Source: Eledone cirrhosa (taxonomy: Eukaryota). From it: 64,000 nt of DNA. How positions within the stretch are numbered: position 1 is the first letter of the stretch; every line of letters starts with the position of its first letter. The stretch spans positions 319,176,001 to 319,240,000 of the forward strand of contig OZ024742.1 in assembly GCA_964016885.1 (NCBI GenBank), given 5' to 3'. Below, in pieces: positions 1 through 11,854 of this stretch. The notes under the pieces were generated by a model. That model ran no database searches. It saw nothing but the letters and a program-made list of their open reading frames with translations, and had not been told where the DNA came from. A program made the position numbers and the translations under genes.

Positions 1-52
1 CTCACCAGTCTTGCCTAAATAAAATAAGAGATGGCAATTCAACAATTCTTAC

Positions 53-164
53 CACAATAGGAGTCCCATGTAGACATTTTGATGAGGTTATCACATTAAA
101 TTGGCAGGCTATTGTAAGAGAAAGGCCAAGGAATTTCAGTTTGGGATGATGCTGAAGGAACTCT
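53..164 (-). CDS. ZYG11: ZYG11-family protein, internal coding exon (L-EFLQHHPKLKFLGLSLTIAC...TPIV)
   Basis: tttcag acceptor at 167-165 and gtaag donor at 52. The 112 nt complete the phase-2 codon left by exon 10153-9288. FLQHHPKLKFLGL resembles the ZYG11B segment FIQQRPSMQFVGL after the LRRs (recalled similarity, not a search). Confidence 0.8.
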
Positions 165-520
165 CTGAAAAGAAAAAGAAACCAGCAATATATGAAGACA
201 ATAGACATTTATGTCATTGGTTTTGTATTGCACACAGGCTTAGAACAATTTCTGACATCAGTACATGAACCAATCAACCATCACAACTGTGTATGTCATG
301 GAATATAGTATCAAATGCCAGGTTGTAAAAGTAGAGTAAAATGTACAACAGTGAATATAACTAGTGCATATGTATTTTCAATAACCAAATATAATTGTTT
401 CTACGTTTGGCACAAGGCCAGCAATTATCCAGTGCATTACTGGTACTTTATTTTATCGACCCCGTAAGGATGAAAGGCAAAATGTCAGCGATGATGAAAC
501 TGTTTTAGTTTCAATATAAA

Positions 521-2170
521 AGTAAACCCCTATACTTAGCTTTTGTCGACTTGGAGAAAGCCTTCGACAGAGTTCCCCGTTCCATTATCTGGTGGGCTCT
601 TAGAAAACTAGGTGTTGATGAATGGCTTGTGAGAGCTATACAAGCCATGTATAAAGAAACAGTCAGCAAGGTTAGAATTAACAACGAATATAGTGAAGAG
701 TTTAGCGTAAAAGTTGGTGTTCATCAGGGCTCCGTTCTTAGCAACCCTACTATTTATTATTGCCCTTCAGGCAATAACAGTGGAGTTCAAGACCGGCTGC
801 CCATGGGAACTCCTATACGCAGATGATCTAACGCTCATAGCTGAATCAATGGCCGAACTAGAGAAGAAATTCCAAACATGGAAGCACGGCCTAGAATCAA
901 AAGGCCTTAAAATTAACCTGGCTAAGACTAAAGTTCTAGTTTGTAGGAAGGAAAATAGGGCGTCGGTCCCATCCGGGAAATGGCCATGCTCAGTGTGTAG
1001 GAAAGGAGTAGGTAGAAACTCCATTTTATGTCCCAAATGCAAAGTATGGGTGCATAAAAGATATAGTGGAATCACAGGTAAGCTAACTAAGAACATAGAT
1101 TTTACATGTGGCCAGTGCTCTGGTGCAATAAGTAGCAGCAAGTGCCCACAAATACTAGCTCTTTCAATTGCACAGAGGGTTCTATAGAAATAGTGGACAG
1201 CTTCCGTTACCTGGGTGACAAAATCAGCAGTGGGGGAGGGTGCTCTGAAAGTACAGTAGCTAGAGTCAGAAATGGATGAAAAAAGTTCAGAGAGCTTATA
1301 CCACTATTAGCCGCTAAAGGGTTCTCCCTAAAAATGAAAGGCAGGCTGTATGATGCCTGCATATGAACAGCAATGTTGCATGGCAGTGAGACCTGGGCAT
1401 TGTGTGCAGAGGATATACGCAGACTAGAGAGGAACGAAGCTTGCATGCTCCGCTGGATGTGTAATAGTAATATACGTGAACGGCAAAGCATTAACGAACT
1501 AAGGGAAAAATTAGAAATAAGAGGGATCAGATGTTGTTTACTCGAGAGAAGGCTATGTTGGTATGGTCACGTGATGCGCATGAAAGACGACAGCTGTATA
1601 AAAAAGTGCAGGGCAATAAAAATAGACGGTAGCCACGGAGTAGGCACCCCCAGAAAAACCTGGGACGACTTGATAAATTCCGACCTCACACACTTACACC
1701 TCTCCAAGACAATGTCACTGGACCGAGATCTTTGGCGGTACTCAGTAATAGAGAAGACCCGCCTTACCTAAATACAAAGTAAAACCTACTACAGTCAGTA
1801 GGTACCTCTAACAAAATACACCCCCGTCCCACTACCCCCACCCCATCCACACCGCCCCTTTCAATGTAAAGTTATGTTGGTACCACAACATCCAGGCCGA
1901 AACAAATGAGGTCGTGTAGGTGTCACGACAAAAAAACACACAGTCCACGCTGTAATGTGGCCGTGTAGGTAACACGGCAGTAAAAACCTCCCAGTTCCAC
2001 ACTGTAAATGTGGTTGGTGTTAGGAAGGGCATCCAGCCGTAGAAAACCCGCCAGACAGTCCTATGCGAGCAAGACAACCACTCTTGCCTCAAGTGGGAAA
2101 ACTCCCGTCCAAACCCATGCAAGCGTAGATATGGACGTTAAACGATGATGATGATGATGATGATGATGAT
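521..2170 (+). mobile_element. 5'-truncated, decayed RTE-clade LINE (RT C-half, PHD-like finger, C-terminal domain, 3' UTR, (GAT)n tail)
   Basis: KPLYLAFVDLEKAFDRVPR, GVHQGSVLS, LLYADDL, LHGSETW and RRLCWYGHVMRM...PRKTW are present. Frameshifts near ~745 and ~1150 and stops near 1277 and 1363 disrupt the ORF. It ends in gacgttaaac(gat)n at 2133-2170. Confidence 0.92.
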
Positions 2171-2232
2171 ATCCCAAATAAAATCTCTTACCAAGTAGAT
2201 ACAAGTATAGAGTTTTTGTTATTAACCTTTTA

Positions 2233-2448
2233 TTAACCTTTTAGCATTTACATTACTCTATATTTACTATTTTATTTTCACGGTAAAGGCTTTACCTCAC
2301 ATAATATCGAAGCTATGAGATTTTGATATTATTTATTTTGCGAACAATACGTTAACATCAGTATGAGTAGCTGGTTACGGCCGGTTTGAACAGAATGAGG
2401 TGAGAGAATTCTGGCAAGATATAGCTGGTTTAAATGATAAAGGGTTAA
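2233..2448 (+). mobile_element. piggyBac-type TTAA MITE, copy 1
   Basis: TTAA-CCTTTTAGCATTTA ... TAAATGATAAAGGG-TTAA; ~215 bp; five copies in the window. Confidence 0.8.
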
Positions 2449-2814
2449 ATAGATTATTGAAACAAACATAGACACAAGGTCTCAAATGATGATGGGTACA
2501 ATAAATTAGAAGAGTATTTTATTGAACCCTAAAAGGATGACAGGTAACACCTACCTTGGCATGATCTCAGCTTAGAATGTAAAGGTATGCAACTTAATCC
2601 TGCAAGGTATTATGCCTGTCACTCTACAAATTCTGCAAATCCACCATCATTTGTGAACAATATTGACAATCAACCTACACTTGCAAATGATGTACTGATA
2701 TATAGGCAGAATAGGAATAGAAAATGAGATTGTGTGATGTTCATGTTTACTTCACGAGTATTAGTGATGTAAGTAATCAAGTGAAATTGCCGTAAGGAAA
2801 TCAAAGCCAGGTCA

Positions 2815-3032
2815 CAGACTTGGCTCACTAGAACCTTACTTTTAATTTATAACACACACATAAATAGGGGCTATATCTACACCTTAGTGTAGTGGTCAGT
2901 TCGTGGAAGGTCATGTTTGACTCACAGCAGACTTCGCTCAGTAAAACCTTATCTTTAATTTATGACACACATATAAATAGGGGTTATATCTACACATTAG
3001 AGTAGTGGTCAGCTCCTGGAAGGTCATGTTTG
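2815..3032. repeat. Tandem duplication of ~114 bp
   Basis: cagactt(g/c)gctca...taaataggg...ggaaggtcatgtttg occurs twice, at ~2815 and ~2929. Confidence 0.85.
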
Positions 3033-4989
3033 TGATATTCATGACTTCCCAAAAGACATTAAAATTCAAAGTGAAATACTGAATTGAAGTAGATTGAAAG
3101 AAATGGTGCTGTATAAGAGTCAGTGCAATGTATGATTAAATTACATTCCCTTTGCATTCAGAGTTCAAATCCAGCTGAGGATCAACTTTAACTTTTACAA
3201 GATTAACAAACTATACTAGTATTGATACACCTGACTAGGGGAAGAGAAGTAATTTAACTCTTGCAGGCCGTCTCATGGTAGTGAAATTGACACAGATGAT
3301 GTTAAGCTTGAAATTCTACAGGCTAAAGTTCTGGAAGGTGAAGGATTTGGAAAAGCATTTCATTTGACGAGGTTAAGATATAATAGAAAGGACAAAAAGG
3401 AAAAGTATCGGTAGAACATATTTTGTTAGCTCAGATAAGTAGAGATTACTGTAGCAATGAAAGAAGAAACAATGAAAAAACGGCATCAATGAGCTGTAAA
3501 TGTTGATGGATAAAGACTTGCAAATCAGAAAACTTAAATTTGATTACATACTCCATACCCATAGATATTACCTGGACTTTATGATACTTTCCATTACAAA
3601 CTTCACACAAGTGTCAATAAAGTGCTGTGGCTAACTAGAAGGAAATGTAAATACAAGTCTACTCCAGTGCCATACCTCTCTAAGTAAATCGATTGGATTT
3701 TACATCAGTTTTTCCATGCTGAAGGCATCCCTGCACCATACTTCAATCATGCAGAATATTTGACATGAAATAGTGACATAGATTTATACAACTAGCTGGT
3801 TCCGTGGTTGGTATATGTGTCTGACTTATGTACAGATTTTTGAGAAGGGGAAACAAAGAAGTATAATAATAATAATAATAATAATGAAAATATTGTGTAC
3901 AGTGCTCAGGTGCACAACTCATCAAAAGTGTATGTATAGTACATAGGGTAATGTACAAACGTCAGGAAAATGAACAGTGCATGAGTCATGATATACACAT
4001 GTGTGCATGTGTATAGAAGGAGGACATCAGGTGTAGTTTTGGCGAATTTCGGGAAGCATGAGGGTTTTAAAGGATGCAGTGTCTCGGCAGCTAACAACTG
4101 ACGCAGGCAGTTTGTTCCATGCTTCAGCAACTCTAATGAAAACCAAATTATTCCTTTGATTCGCCCAATAACTTTAATGCTAAAAGTTGGCAAATCTTTT
4201 TTAATGATAAAATATTTCTGGTGTAATGAATAACAAAAAAGCAAACTATATATCAGATTGGTACACATCTACAGTTAATTGAACCTAATATATTACTGAT
4301 AAATGTATTATCAACAGCTATAGGGTTGAAAGGCAAACATCTATTCAGGTGGAGTACATCATTTAATGTACATTTTCCTGGCTACGCTGTAGAGAAACAA
4401 AATTAAATACTACAAGATGTTTCTGTTACTGCCATTTTTCAATAATAAAAATGATAATCTAATCCTACCAAGATCAACTTTGCCTTTCATCCTTCCAGGA
4501 CTGATAAAATAAAGTACCACTCAAGTACTGGGTTGGTTTAATCAACTCTGTACTTCCATCAAATTTGCTAGGTTTGTGCCTAAATTAAAAATCAAAAATG
4601 AAAATGATGAATATTTTTTTTTACATTGGTACAAAAATAATCATCACTATCACCACCATTTCCAACATCATCATCATAATCATTACTATCATCATTATTG
4701 TTATACTTTTTCCATGCTTGTATGAGCAAGATGAGATTCCCTGATGCCAATACACACTTTATTTTTTAAGTTTGGCATATACCGCAGGCATTCATAAAAC
4801 ACAACACTGCAGGGTGTATTTTTTATGATGAACAATGTGTTTAGCTAACAATAGTAGTGCACTTGCCTTTACTGATGTTGAGATGGAAGAGGCATGAAAA
4901 TGCTACTATGAGAAGATACTGAAAGAGGAACATGTGTAGAAGAGAGTGCCTACCCTATGTAAATAGAATAGTAGTTAAAGTTGACAGCT

Positions 4990-5560
4990 ATATAATTGAA
5001 ATGGCCATTAAGGTTATGACTGCAGAGAAATGTGTAGGACAATCAGTGGTAGTTGTGAAATTGCTGAAAATATCTGATAAAGTAGGACACATGTAAGTCA
5101 CTAACACTGTCAATGAAGTAGTACTAGGGAGGTATAATCCCCAGTTACTGATGCAGGAGCTTTAAAGTCAATAAGTGTAATGGAGATGTTCAAGAAAGAA
5201 GCAACTACAGGAGCATTAAATTGGACCAAGTTATGAAAGTGGCACAACTAATTAGGAAAAGAATTAGTTTAGATGAGATGCAGTTTAGGTTTGTGCTTGG
5301 GCAGTACTCTGTAATAGTACAAGCAAAACGTCTACAAGAGTAGTTTGTAGCAGAGTAAGCTACTATATCCAGCATTCATTAACCTGGAGAAAGCCTTTGA
5401 CAGGGTACCACACTGAAAATTAAGTGTAGCTGGATGGTTTGTGAGAACTGCGCAAGCCATCAAGAGAGATGTCATCAGTAAGCAATGTGTTCAGCAATGA
5501 ATTCCGCAAGGAAATTAATGTGCAGGTGGGTGTTCATCAGGAATCATTTCTCACCCACTC
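4990..5560 (+). mobile_element. Highly decayed RTE RT fragment
   Basis: aactacaggagcattaaa, gatgagatgcagtttaggttt, aacctggagaaagcctttgacagggtacca and gtgggtgttcatcagg correspond to NYRGIKL, DEMQFGF, DLEKAFDRVP and VGVHQG. Confidence 0.7.
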
Positions 5561-5599
5561 CTATTTATTTTCCACTACCTTCAGCTTTATCATTTGGAT

Positions 5600-6520
5600 A
5601 TCAACATCAAATATTTCTAATTACTCTAGTCTCCCTTTCCCACTCCTTTACATCCATCTGCTTCCTCTACAGCTCTCTAAACTTTTCAACCACCAATAAT
5701 TCTTCCTTCAACCATATCTCTTCTTCACCAAGGATATCTATCTCACTTCGCCCCTCCCAGAAGTTATCATCCTCACTGACTTACAACTTACACGCACAAC
5801 TCTTCTTGGCTCCCACACTCAATCCATACTGATGCTTTCAGGGCTGAAACAAAATCTCTTGCAATCCTCAACTCTCAACGTCAACTAGTTTTATCTTCCT
5901 ACTCACCTTCATAACTTACAGACACACCAACACCCTTAATTTCTTTCTTACACCCAAATCTAGCCCCTACCATAACATGACTATCATCAACCCTTAGAAA
6001 CTAGATGACTTTTACCTAGCACTACCATTCCTGCAATAATCTGAATTACGAAGAATGCATCCATTCATCACACAACCCATAAGATCTTCCATCTTCCAAA
6101 CTGCAGCTGGTCCTTTATACAAAGGATTTCTGCAAACTTTGCAGAATCCTCTTTTCCTATAAATTCTCAACCATGGTGATTCTGTAAGCAGTACTCTTGT
6201 GGAGAAAGTCTGCACATGTGCACCCTGCTTTGTATCCAACTCCATACACTAGATATATCTCCAAAACTGTCTCTATCCATTCCACCAAACTCATTATCAC
6301 ATGCACATAAACACCAAATGCAAAAGTTCCCCCAGTCACTTCAAACTAAGATAGCCACTAGTCTTGACAATGTGCTGTTCATTACTCTCAAACAATGTTC
6401 TCCAAAGATAGCCCCTATCCTCAATCTTTATCTCTCTATATATAGAGAGATATGTCTTGATCTTTGGAAATGCAGTATAATGTATCCCATTCCCAATAAA
6501 GACAAAGGTATTTTACTCAT
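5600..6520 (+). mobile_element. Decayed CR1/L2/Jockey-like LINE ORF2 fragment
   Basis: C/T-rich segment ending LKQCSPKIAPILNL...WKCSIMYPIPNK, similar to the pre-RT motif LK.CA.ELAPIL...WK.A.V.PIPKKG. Confidence 0.45.
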
Positions 6521-6704
6521 GAACATACACTATTTTTAAAGGTACCTAAGACTACATTATCCAATGTATCCTTCCTTTTTTAAGATAGTAGTGTGTTGTT
6601 TAATGGAAATTTGAGCGCTATTACTAGAGGATTGAGTAACTGTATAGCAACTTCCGCATTGCCTCATCATAAGTATGACCTTTTGAATATTTCTTTCTTC
6701 TTTT

Positions 6705-6995
6705 TCACCCACTTATTCCTTAGAGGGTCGTGGGTCATGTCAAAGGCAACCATCTCTGACTGATCTGGCTGGATCCCCAAGCATGACCAACAAAGCTCAT
6801 TGATGTTACCCAACCATCTTGCTCGGGGTCTATTCCTGGGTTTCCTGCTGGTTGGTTTTGCTCATAAAATCGGTCCAGCGATTCTTTCTTGAGACATTCT
6901 AGCCATATGCCCATAGTATCAGAGCTGCGATCGCACAATTCTGATAAGTAATGGCTCTACCTGGACTGACTCTCTGATCTCCGAGCTACGCACTT
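6705..6995 (-). mobile_element. 3' fragment of a second RTE-like LINE family; second copy ~12170-12380
   Basis: Two similar copies. The minus-strand frame reads MPQERIAGPIL*AKPTSRKPRNRPRARW, the typical RTE C-terminal R.RGRPR.RW motif. Confidence 0.6.
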
Positions 6996-7417
6996 TGATT
7001 TATTGCCATTTTTTGAAAACTAAAACTTACTTGCATTCTATGTTGTCAATGTTCTTGGCACATTGTAAGATAAATTTCAAGCTATGTAAAATTCTTTCTT
7101 CTCTACCTATGAATAATTTCATATGCATATACCCTCAAGTAATGATAAAGTTTAAGTATCAGACATAATGAAAGAGACCTTAATCTAAATTTGAACTTAA
7201 ATAAAGGACCATAACTCTATGCTGTAAAGCATGGTGTCTGATGCTCTACCAATACTGCCAATCCACCGCCCTGAGAAATTATACAACCCAGTGGTATCTA
7301 CTTGGTAGCTAAGTGATGGATTTGACTTAAAACATCCTGTATACCACATGAAACCACATTAGCAAGATATTCTTGAATAGTACAATGCAGCACCATGACT
7401 GCATACCATTATATAAT

Positions 7418-7610
7418 TAGACCTGCCAACCTCTAAAACCCAAATGGGGAATACCATAAAAAAAGTGCCCCAAAACGGGGAGAAATGAGGCAAAATAGGG
7501 AGATTTTACATAATGAAAGCTATACCCATTTTCACCAGAGAAGACATCACTCACCCACCTCAAAGTGGGAGGGTGATCTCCCTGTCGGACGGGGAGAGTT
7601 GACAGGTCTG
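7418..7610. mobile_element. Small MITE, superfamily uncertain
   Basis: TIRs TAGACCTGCCAAC / GTTGACAGGTCTG; flanking direct repeat TATAAT. Confidence 0.65.
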
Positions 7611-8050
7611 TATAATCAAAGTGTTTACTTTAGCTCACTTCAAATTTTGTCCACTGGTAAACATACTATAAACATTAGAATTAACAAGCCTGTTTTTATC
7701 TATGCTAAATCATTACAAGATATTAAGGGTTAATTTAGCAGTGCTGGTGATAGAATGTAAACTGTCGACTTCTCGGATTACTGTCCAAGAATCTATGACA
7801 TCAAATAGCCATCAATATTATCAGAATTACTATAGTACTGTAATACTTTTGCTTTGTTTTTGTTTTTTAATAGTCTTTCCAGAAAGGATATTACTTACTT
7901 GGTTATTTAGTGCTAACTGAGTAAGGGGCTCAAAGAAACTTTCCTTACTCAAATTGTTATTGCTCGTGAGTATATACTTTGTATATACTCAGTAAGTATA
8001 TACTTTGATTACTTAACCATAAAACTATATTGAATACTATCTCCATGGCC

Positions 8051-8266
8051 TTAACCCATTAGCATTTAAACCGGCCATATCCAGCCAGAATTCTCTCACT
8101 TCTTTCTGTACAAACCAGCCCTAACTGGCCACTCATATTAATGATAAAGTATTGTTCTCAAAATAAATAACATCAAAATCTTGTAGCTTCAATATTATCA
8201 GAGATAAAGCCTTTACAACAAAAATACAATAGTAAATATAGAGTAATGTAAATGGTAAAGGGTTAA
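8051..8266 (-). mobile_element. piggyBac-type TTAA MITE, copy 2 (inverted)
   Basis: Reverse complement of copies 1 and 3; TTAA at both ends. Confidence 0.85.
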
Positions 8267-8295
8267 ACATCTTTTTTTTTCTTTTTTTTCCACAG

Positions 8296-8590
8296 ATGTT
8301 ACACGCTACCATAGTGTTATTACAGCTTATCACAGTGAGGTGTAACACACTACCACATCTGTGTTACACACTACCACAACTGTGTTACACACTACCACAA
8401 CTGTGTTACACAGTACCACAGTGGTATAACACACTACAATAGTAGTATTACATACTACCACAACTGTGTTACACAGTACAATAGTGGTATAACACACTAC
8501 AATAGTGGTATTACACATTACCACAACTGTGTTACACAGTACAATAGTGGTATAACACACTACCATAACAGTACTATAAACTACCATAAT
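8296..8590. repeat. 21-bp minisatellite (GTGTTACACACTACCACAACT variants), ~14 units, in a ZYG11 intron
   Basis: Directly visible; it produces the periodic ORF VVVCNT at 8330-8587. Confidence 0.9.
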
Positions 8591-9287
8591 GGTTGGATAG
8601 TCTGTAAGTGTTGTATCACTCCTTAAATTCTCATCTTATGTCATCTGTCTGCAAAACCCTGTTATTAAATCTGACCTAACAATTTCATACATTGGTCTAC
8701 ATTGGTCTACCTCTATTACTGGTACCATCCTAAACCAACACAACCATGATTCACCTACAAAATCCACTCATAATATGTTAATACTCATACCAGCTGGTGC
8801 TTTTAAAGCCCAGTTATATCTTAGTTAATCTGTTTTCAATCTTTCTTAGAAGTTTACACTACATAACCAAAACATTATACACAACTCATTCCTTCTAATT
8901 GTTGTATGTCCTCTACATCATCACTGTTTTACATCCATGTTTGTCCTGTTGTGGGCAATGCTAGGTCAGGTGACCATATCTTGCACATACAGAACTGATT
9001 TGAGCTTGGTTTCTACAACTGGATTGCTTTTCCTAGCACCAGCCTCATTTACAGTGAGTACAGGGTGCTTTTTGTCATGTTGCCTGCATGACCACTTTAC
9101 CGTGTGGACAGGGTGCTTTTTGTTGTGTTGCCTACATGACCACTTTACAGTGTGGACTGGGTGCAATGAAATATATATATACTGTATATTTCATTAACAC
9201 AGGAAAATATAATACAAAATCTAAAAAAAAAAAAAATTTTAATAAAAATCTCATTGCAATTGTAATAAAGAAAGTTGTAATACTTAC

Positions 9288-10138
9288 AATAATATCACTT
9301 CAGATATTTCTTCCTTTCCAGATATATCTAAAGAGGTTAAATTTGGTAGACAAGTTTTACGCACAAGCAGTTCTTGTATTCTAAATCGTGTCGGTATATT
9401 GACAAATGTCTGTGCATCGATATCAGATACATCGAGGTGGGTCAGCTTAGATAGTTCACATAATATCGACACAAACTCATCATTATGTGATGCTCGCAAA
9501 TTGTACATAGACAAGCAACGTAACCGATCTTTGCATTTCCTTAAGGGAGAAATGTCATTGATAGGAGTCCCTGATATGTCAAGACTTTCAAGAGTCGGCA
9601 ATTCTTCAACTATTATTTCAAGTCCATGTTTATTGAATTCTGTGTTACTAACATTGAGGCTCTGTAAATTTTGAAGTTTTGCCAATGATATGACCACACA
9701 AAACTTGCTGCTACTAATAAAAGTACTATTACTTACATTCAACAAACGTAAGTTAGAAAGTGTCCACTCTCCAAGACAGCCAATAACATCATTTACAGCC
9801 ACTGATTTCAAACCAGTTATTTCCAGTTCAGATATTTTATGTGACTTTAGTATCCGTAGGCCCTTTGTCGTGAGCTGGGCATCACGAATTGACACTCGTT
9901 TCAAAATAGAAACACTTGGATCAAATAAACTTAACGTTTCATCATTCAGTTTACCCTTCTCACATAAACTCTGCAGAATCTGCTCTGATAACTTTCCATG
10001 GAAACAAACATCTGGATCTTTGAATACAAGCTTCCGGTTGCTTTTCTCCACTCCAGGTTGCACCTGACATAGGTTACCGATATTGTCACAAATAAAATCA
10101 ACACAACAGTCTTGGAGGCTGTTAGGAGTATCGTACAT
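9288..10138 (-). CDS. ZYG11: ZYG11-family (zyg-11 homolog B-like) CRL2 substrate receptor, first coding exon: VHL-box plus LRRs
   Basis: ORF 9284-10201 with ATG at 10138 (MYDTPNSLQDCCVDFI, a VHL/BC-box-like PxSLxxxC motif). LRRs include LQSLNVSNT, LESLDISGTPINDISPLRKCKDRLRCLSM and LTSLDISG. Acceptor ttttttcag gives exon start 10153; donor TT|gtaagta at 9287. Confidence 0.9.
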
Positions 10139-11638
10139 GATGTCTAGTGAAAACTGAAAAAAATTAGAAACAAGAATTAAATGGTAGTTACAAAGAAACA
10201 TTGGAGACTAAGTTAAACTATATAAGACAGGTTATCATTTGTAAACCTATTACAATATTAAACTGCTACTGTCATTAATAATCAAATCAACATACAAAAC
10301 CACATAGCCATGACAATTTTGTACCTGTTTTCATATTAAGTGTTGTACTTTGCACAGTTTTGGCAAGGTTTTACTAGCTGCATTCCCATCCTATCACCAA
10401 CCACTTTTCAGCATGGACTAGATGTATTATTCATGCCACCAGCACTCGAGAGGTTATCTTACCATACTGAAGGATCCTCTCTACCCTGTATTTGTTTTTA
10501 TTCAGAGTAACTGTTCTCCTAGATAGGTTGCCTTCATTTTGGCTTACGAAACCCACATCAACCCTGTGTTTATATATTTTTGATACTTTACATTTTCTAA
10601 GTTCTATTGATAAACCAATTAAAATTATTTAAAGTATTTTTTAATTATAAAAGCAAACCCTGATTTAGTATCAGTAATTTGTTTATACAATCAATTTTTT
10701 CTTTATATATATGTTCCTTCCATTATTATAATCTATTAAGCTTTTTGATATCATATTACCTGAAACCACCTACCCAGGATTTGATACAAAACTACTCATT
10801 CTAAATCCATCCATCATAATTATATTTTAAGAATATTTTGTTTAGTAATGTTCTAATTTTCCAGTTATTAATGAAAGGGTTAGTAATTTTTTTAATTCCT
10901 ACAAATATCTGAATATTTTCAAAATTAATTGAAACACATAGGCAGTGTATTTCATAAGAAATACAGTGACAAAAGGAATAATGCCAGTATTAGAAAACTT
11001 GTATTATGTTGCCCTGATCCAACAGACTTATAATAAAAAGTGTTTGTCACAAATATCCTGTTTATTTTTAAGACAATATATATATAGCACTGCTTTCTCC
11101 AAAGAGCCATGACATTGTTTAAGATACTAAGGTGTGATTTGAGTGAAATTTGGCTGCTACTTGTAGTAGGTCAAGCAATCACGTAGGGGCTCCCTCACTG
11201 GTTCATGAAATTTTATTGGGCTGATTGTGGCAATGATGAAAATTATAATTTATTTAAATTCTTCCTGTGTTTTACTTTTAATTGATTTATCTTTTACATT
11301 ACAATTCTTAATGTGTAACTTACTTAATAAGTAATAATTGTTTCTACTTTTGGCACAAGGCCAGCAATTACCCAGTGCATTACTGGTACTTTATTTTATC
11401 GACCCCATAAAGATGAAAGGCAAAGTTAACCTCGGAGGGGAGTAATAATACTCAGCTTTACTAAGGTAAATCAATGAAACAGATTAACCGAGTGAACATT
11501 TTGGAGTAGGGTAAAATATGATATTTGCTGCTCAACTTGTTTGGATTGTGATTGCAGAAGATAAGGCCAATATGGAATCAACTGGTACAAGGATAGTTTG
11601 GGGAATTATTATACTGAGAGGGCAACCCAGCACAGAGT

Positions 11639-11854
11639 TTAACCCGTTAGCATTTAGATTACTCTATATATACTATTGTATTTTTGTGGTAAAGGCTTTA
11701 TCTCACATAATATTGAATCTAGGTGATTTTTATGTTATTTATTTTAAGAACAATACCTTAACATTGGTATGAGTGTCCAGTTATGGCCGGTTTGAACAGA
11801 GAGAGGTGAGAGAATTCTAGCCAGATACAGCCAGTTTAAATGCTAAAGAGTTAA
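11639..11854 (+). mobile_element. piggyBac-type TTAA MITE, copy 3
   Basis: TTAACCCGTTAGCATTTA ... TAAATGCTAAAGAGTTAA. Confidence 0.85.

Noticed and set aside
1-52. Alternative ZYG11 donor CTG|gtgag at position 5
   Set aside because: It changes the exit phase relative to the gtaag donor at 52 and cannot be evaluated because the next exon is outside the window.
4255-4390. Possible extra ZYG11 exon (acceptor tttctctacag at ~4387, minus strand)
   Set aside because: It stops after 9 codons in the required phase and shows no ZYG11 similarity. Exon 10153-9288 joins 164-53 cleanly. A poison or alternative terminal exon cannot be excluded without RNA data.
9399-10067. Plus-strand ORFs 9399-9674 and 9690-10067
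   Set aside because: These are antisense shadows of the ZYG11 exon with no independent signal.
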